Source of the DNA: Candidatus Bathyarchaeota archaeon | GTDB taxonomy: Archaea > Thermoproteota > Bathyarchaeia > Bathyarchaeales > Bathycorpusculaceae | Length of the DNA: 64,000 nucleotides | Assembly: GCA_963733095.1 (NCBI GenBank) | Contig: CAVTBV010000007.1 | Coordinates: 96,001 to 160,000 of the forward strand | Direction: 5' to 3' | Shown here: positions 61,755-64,000 of the stretch, piece after piece | Position numbering within the stretch: position 1 is the stretch's first letter | Layout of the letters: each line of letters starts with the position of its first letter | Position numbers and translations under genes: made by a program | The notes under the pieces: model-generated | The model's database searches: none | What the model was told of the DNA's origin: nothing | The model's input: the letters and a program-made list of their open reading frames with translations, nothing else

Positions 61755-61809
61755 ACATGCAGCTAACTGCATTCTGCATAACTTCGAGTAGGACTGGACT
61801 TGAGAATTT

Positions 61810-62655
61810 TTGGTAGAACAAGTTAAGACTGAATCTCTTCAGGAATTTCTTGAGAAAACAGCCTTCCAAAAAATTAAACGTTTACTGCAGGAAAACGCTG
61901 GATTAAATTGTTCGGGTTATCGCGATGAATATCTGAAGAGGCGCTTTGAAATCCGTTTGCGGGCAACTGGCTCGAGCACTTACGGTAGCTATATAGTTTA
62001 TCTGAGAAAGAACTCCGGAGAAATCGAGAATCTTCTAAATGATTTAACAGTCAATTACACGACTTTCTTTAGAGATGCCGACGTTTACAGGTATCTTGAA
62101 AAGGTTCTGCTTCCAAAACTCTTCCAAGCAAATAATCATGTTAGGATCTGGAGCGCTGGATGCGCTAGTGGAGAGGAACCGTATTCTTTGGCGATTTTAA
62201 TTCATAAAATTCTCGAAAGAAATACCAGTAATTTCCCAGTAACTATCTTTGCCTCAGACATCGACAAAGGCGCCTTGTCCAAAGCCAAACAGGGAGAATA
62301 CCAGCAAAGACAATTAGGATTTATGAACCAGTTCACAATCGACCAATTCTTCACAAAAAAAGAAGGATATTACAGAGTAAATGATTTTGTTAGGCGGATT
62401 GTCCGTTTTGAACAATTCGACTTAATGCAACCAACAATACACCAGAACTTGGACCTTATTCTCTGCAGAAATGTGATGATTTACTTTTCAAAAGAAGGTC
62501 AACAAAAGATTCACATGGGCTTCTATAACTCTTTGAAAGACGGTGGATATTTTATTGCGGGGAAGTCTGAAATCTTATCCGGGGAACCTTACCAAAGGTT
62601 TGTCTCAGTGGATAATCAGGCTCGAGTGTACCAAAAGCCAACAAAGGCGGGATAG
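61810..62655 (+). CDS. cheR: Chemotaxis methyltransferase
   Basis: TTFFRD, IWSAGCASGEEPYSLA and LCRNVMIYF motifs. Confidence 0.95.
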   Translation: MVEQVKTESLQEFLEKTAFQKIKRLLQENAGLNCSGYRDEYLKRRFEIRLRATGSSTYGSYIVYLRKNSGEIENLLNDLTVNYTTFFRDADVYRYLEKVLLPKLFQANNHVRIWSAGCASGEEPYSLAILIHKILERNTSNFPVTIFASDIDKGALSKAKQGEYQQRQLGFMNQFTIDQFFTKKEGYYRVNDFVRRIVRFEQFDLMQPTIHQNLDLILCRNVMIYFSKEGQQKIHMGFYNSLKDGGYFIAGKSEILSGEPYQRFVSVDNQARVYQKPTKAG

Positions 62656-62850
62656 CCGATAAATCGGGTTATACTTGATTTTTAATATTTTATTAGCTGC
62701 CAATCATCAATACTAACCTACCCACTCTACCTTCTACAGTTTCTTCACGGAACCACTATTAGACTTTCAATGCGACATCACTCGTTGAAGGTGCAATTTA
62801 TATCTAAAACCAAGCTAACAATAAGCAAACAAGTTGCAAGGTTGTTTCGC

Positions 62851-64000
62851 ATGGAAAAGTTTCGGTTAGCCGTCTTTAACACTCAGCCGCCTCAATTGTT
62901 TTTCGGGGGTGTTGAGCGTCGCATAATTGAAACGACCAAGCGCCTGCAACCCCAAGCTGACATTTCCATTTACAGTGGCACCAAAGCAGGCTTCAAGGAA
63001 CCCGCCACAATCAATGCCATAAATTTTGTTCCATGCTACTCAACCGACCGAATTTTTCCGTTAGATAACTGGTTTTTTAACCGCAGCCTAACCAAAAAAG
63101 CGGCAAACCTTAACGCTGATATTTTTGAGGCACATGCGGTAAGCGGCTATGGATTCCCAAAAACGCTCAAGAAACTTGGAATTAACAAGCCGTTCGTGCA
63201 CACAATACATGGCGTTCTCGCAGACGAGTACGAACAGGCAAAGAAAAACGGTTACCCCTCGTTTAGGGACAGGATTGCAAACTATTTCATGCATAGACTC
63301 GCCGAGTTGGAAAAGAAAACAGCAAAAGATGCCTCTTTAGTTGTTACTATAAGCAATTATTCCCTTGAAAAAATTCAGCAGCACTATGATGTTGACGTAA
63401 GCAAGGTTCGGATTGTTCCAAACGGCGTAGACATAGAAAAATTCAAGCCAACAGAGAACGCAACTGCAATTAAGCAGAGGTTTGGATTAGGCAGTGAGCC
63501 ATGTGTGCTTTTTGTGGGCAGTTTAATTCCTCGGAAGGGACTGCCCATTCTGATTGAAGCGGCAAAAAAAATAGTCAAACAAAAATCGGACACAAAGTTT
63601 CTAATCGTTGGGGAAGGACCATTAAGACCTCAATTGACCTTATCTCTTGAATCAGCCAATCTTTCTGGAAACTTTCGGTTTTTAGGTAACCTTAAAGATG
63701 ATGTTCTTATAGCAGTGTACAATTGTTCGGACGTGTTTGTTTTGCCGTCGATTCAGGAGGGGCAGGGAATTGTTTTGCTTGAAGCTCAGGCGTCAGGTAA
63801 GCCCATTGTTGGTTTTGATGTTGGCGGGATCAACGAAGCTGTACGTAGCGGTGAAACGGGTTTGCTGGTTAACCGTGGCAGTAGCGACGAGTTGGCGAAT
63901 GCTTTGCTGCGTTTTCTTTCCGATAAGTCTTTGAGGGAAAAGATGGGTGCTAATGGTCGCAGGTTTGTAGCTGAGAACTTTACTTGGGATATTTGTGCTC
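62851..64000 (+). CDS. Glycosyltransferase family 4, runs off window end
   Basis: Manual translation MEKFRLAVFNTQPP..FGGVERR...HTIHG...VPNGVD...PSIQEGQGIVLLEAQASGKP. Confidence 0.9.
   Translation, partial: MEKFRLAVFNTQPPQLFFGGVERRIIETTKRLQPQADISIYSGTKAGFKEPATINAINFVPCYSTDRIFPLDNWFFNRSLTKKAANLNADIFEAHAVSGYGFPKTLKKLGINKPFVHTIHGVLADEYEQAKKNGYPSFRDRIANYFMHRLAELEKKTAKDASLVVTISNYSLEKIQQHYDVDVSKVRIVPNGVDIEKFKPTENATAIKQRFGLGSEPCVLFVGSLIPRKGLPILIEAAKKIVKQKSDTKFLIVGEGPLRPQLTLSLESANLSGNFRFLGNLKDDVLIAVYNCSDVFVLPSIQEGQGIVLLEAQASGKPIVGFDVGGINEAVRSGETGLLVNRGSSDELANALLRFLSDKSLREKMGANGRRFVAENFTWDICA

Overview
Archaeal chromosomal window, most likely Bathyarchaeia. This is inferred from TATA-type promoters, T-tract terminators, four large surface beta-propeller paralogs ending in LMLRK(R/K)P, a DUF1616 gene and an eL22-like ORF. 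Layout: (1) 0-5.5 kb metabolic and housekeeping genes plus two GC-rich structured-RNA candidates; (2) 5.9-18 kb surface-glycosylation island with many frameshifts, ending in a secreted GH5 and DUF1616; (3) 18.6-22.4 kb minus-strand cluster of a terminase-small-like HTH, an unknown ORF, a ParB-ABC ATPase-GNAT fusion and a PD-(D/E)XK nuclease, the best candidate for an undescribed DNA modification/restriction system; (4) 22.9-25.5 kb divergent Zn-protease and Cys-protease-like genes with a stand-alone copy of the latter's N-domain; (5) 25.5-56 kb plastic region with five VapBC pairs, a broken MNT-HEPN pair, four beta-propeller genes and several families of dispersed non-coding repeats; (6) 57-64 kb CbbQ/NorQ-type AAA+ and vWA genes divergent from cheY-cheD-cheC-cheR, then a GT4 running off the window. 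No rRNA, complete tRNA, CRISPR array, integrase or transposase was seen. All family calls come from motifs read by eye; no searches were run.
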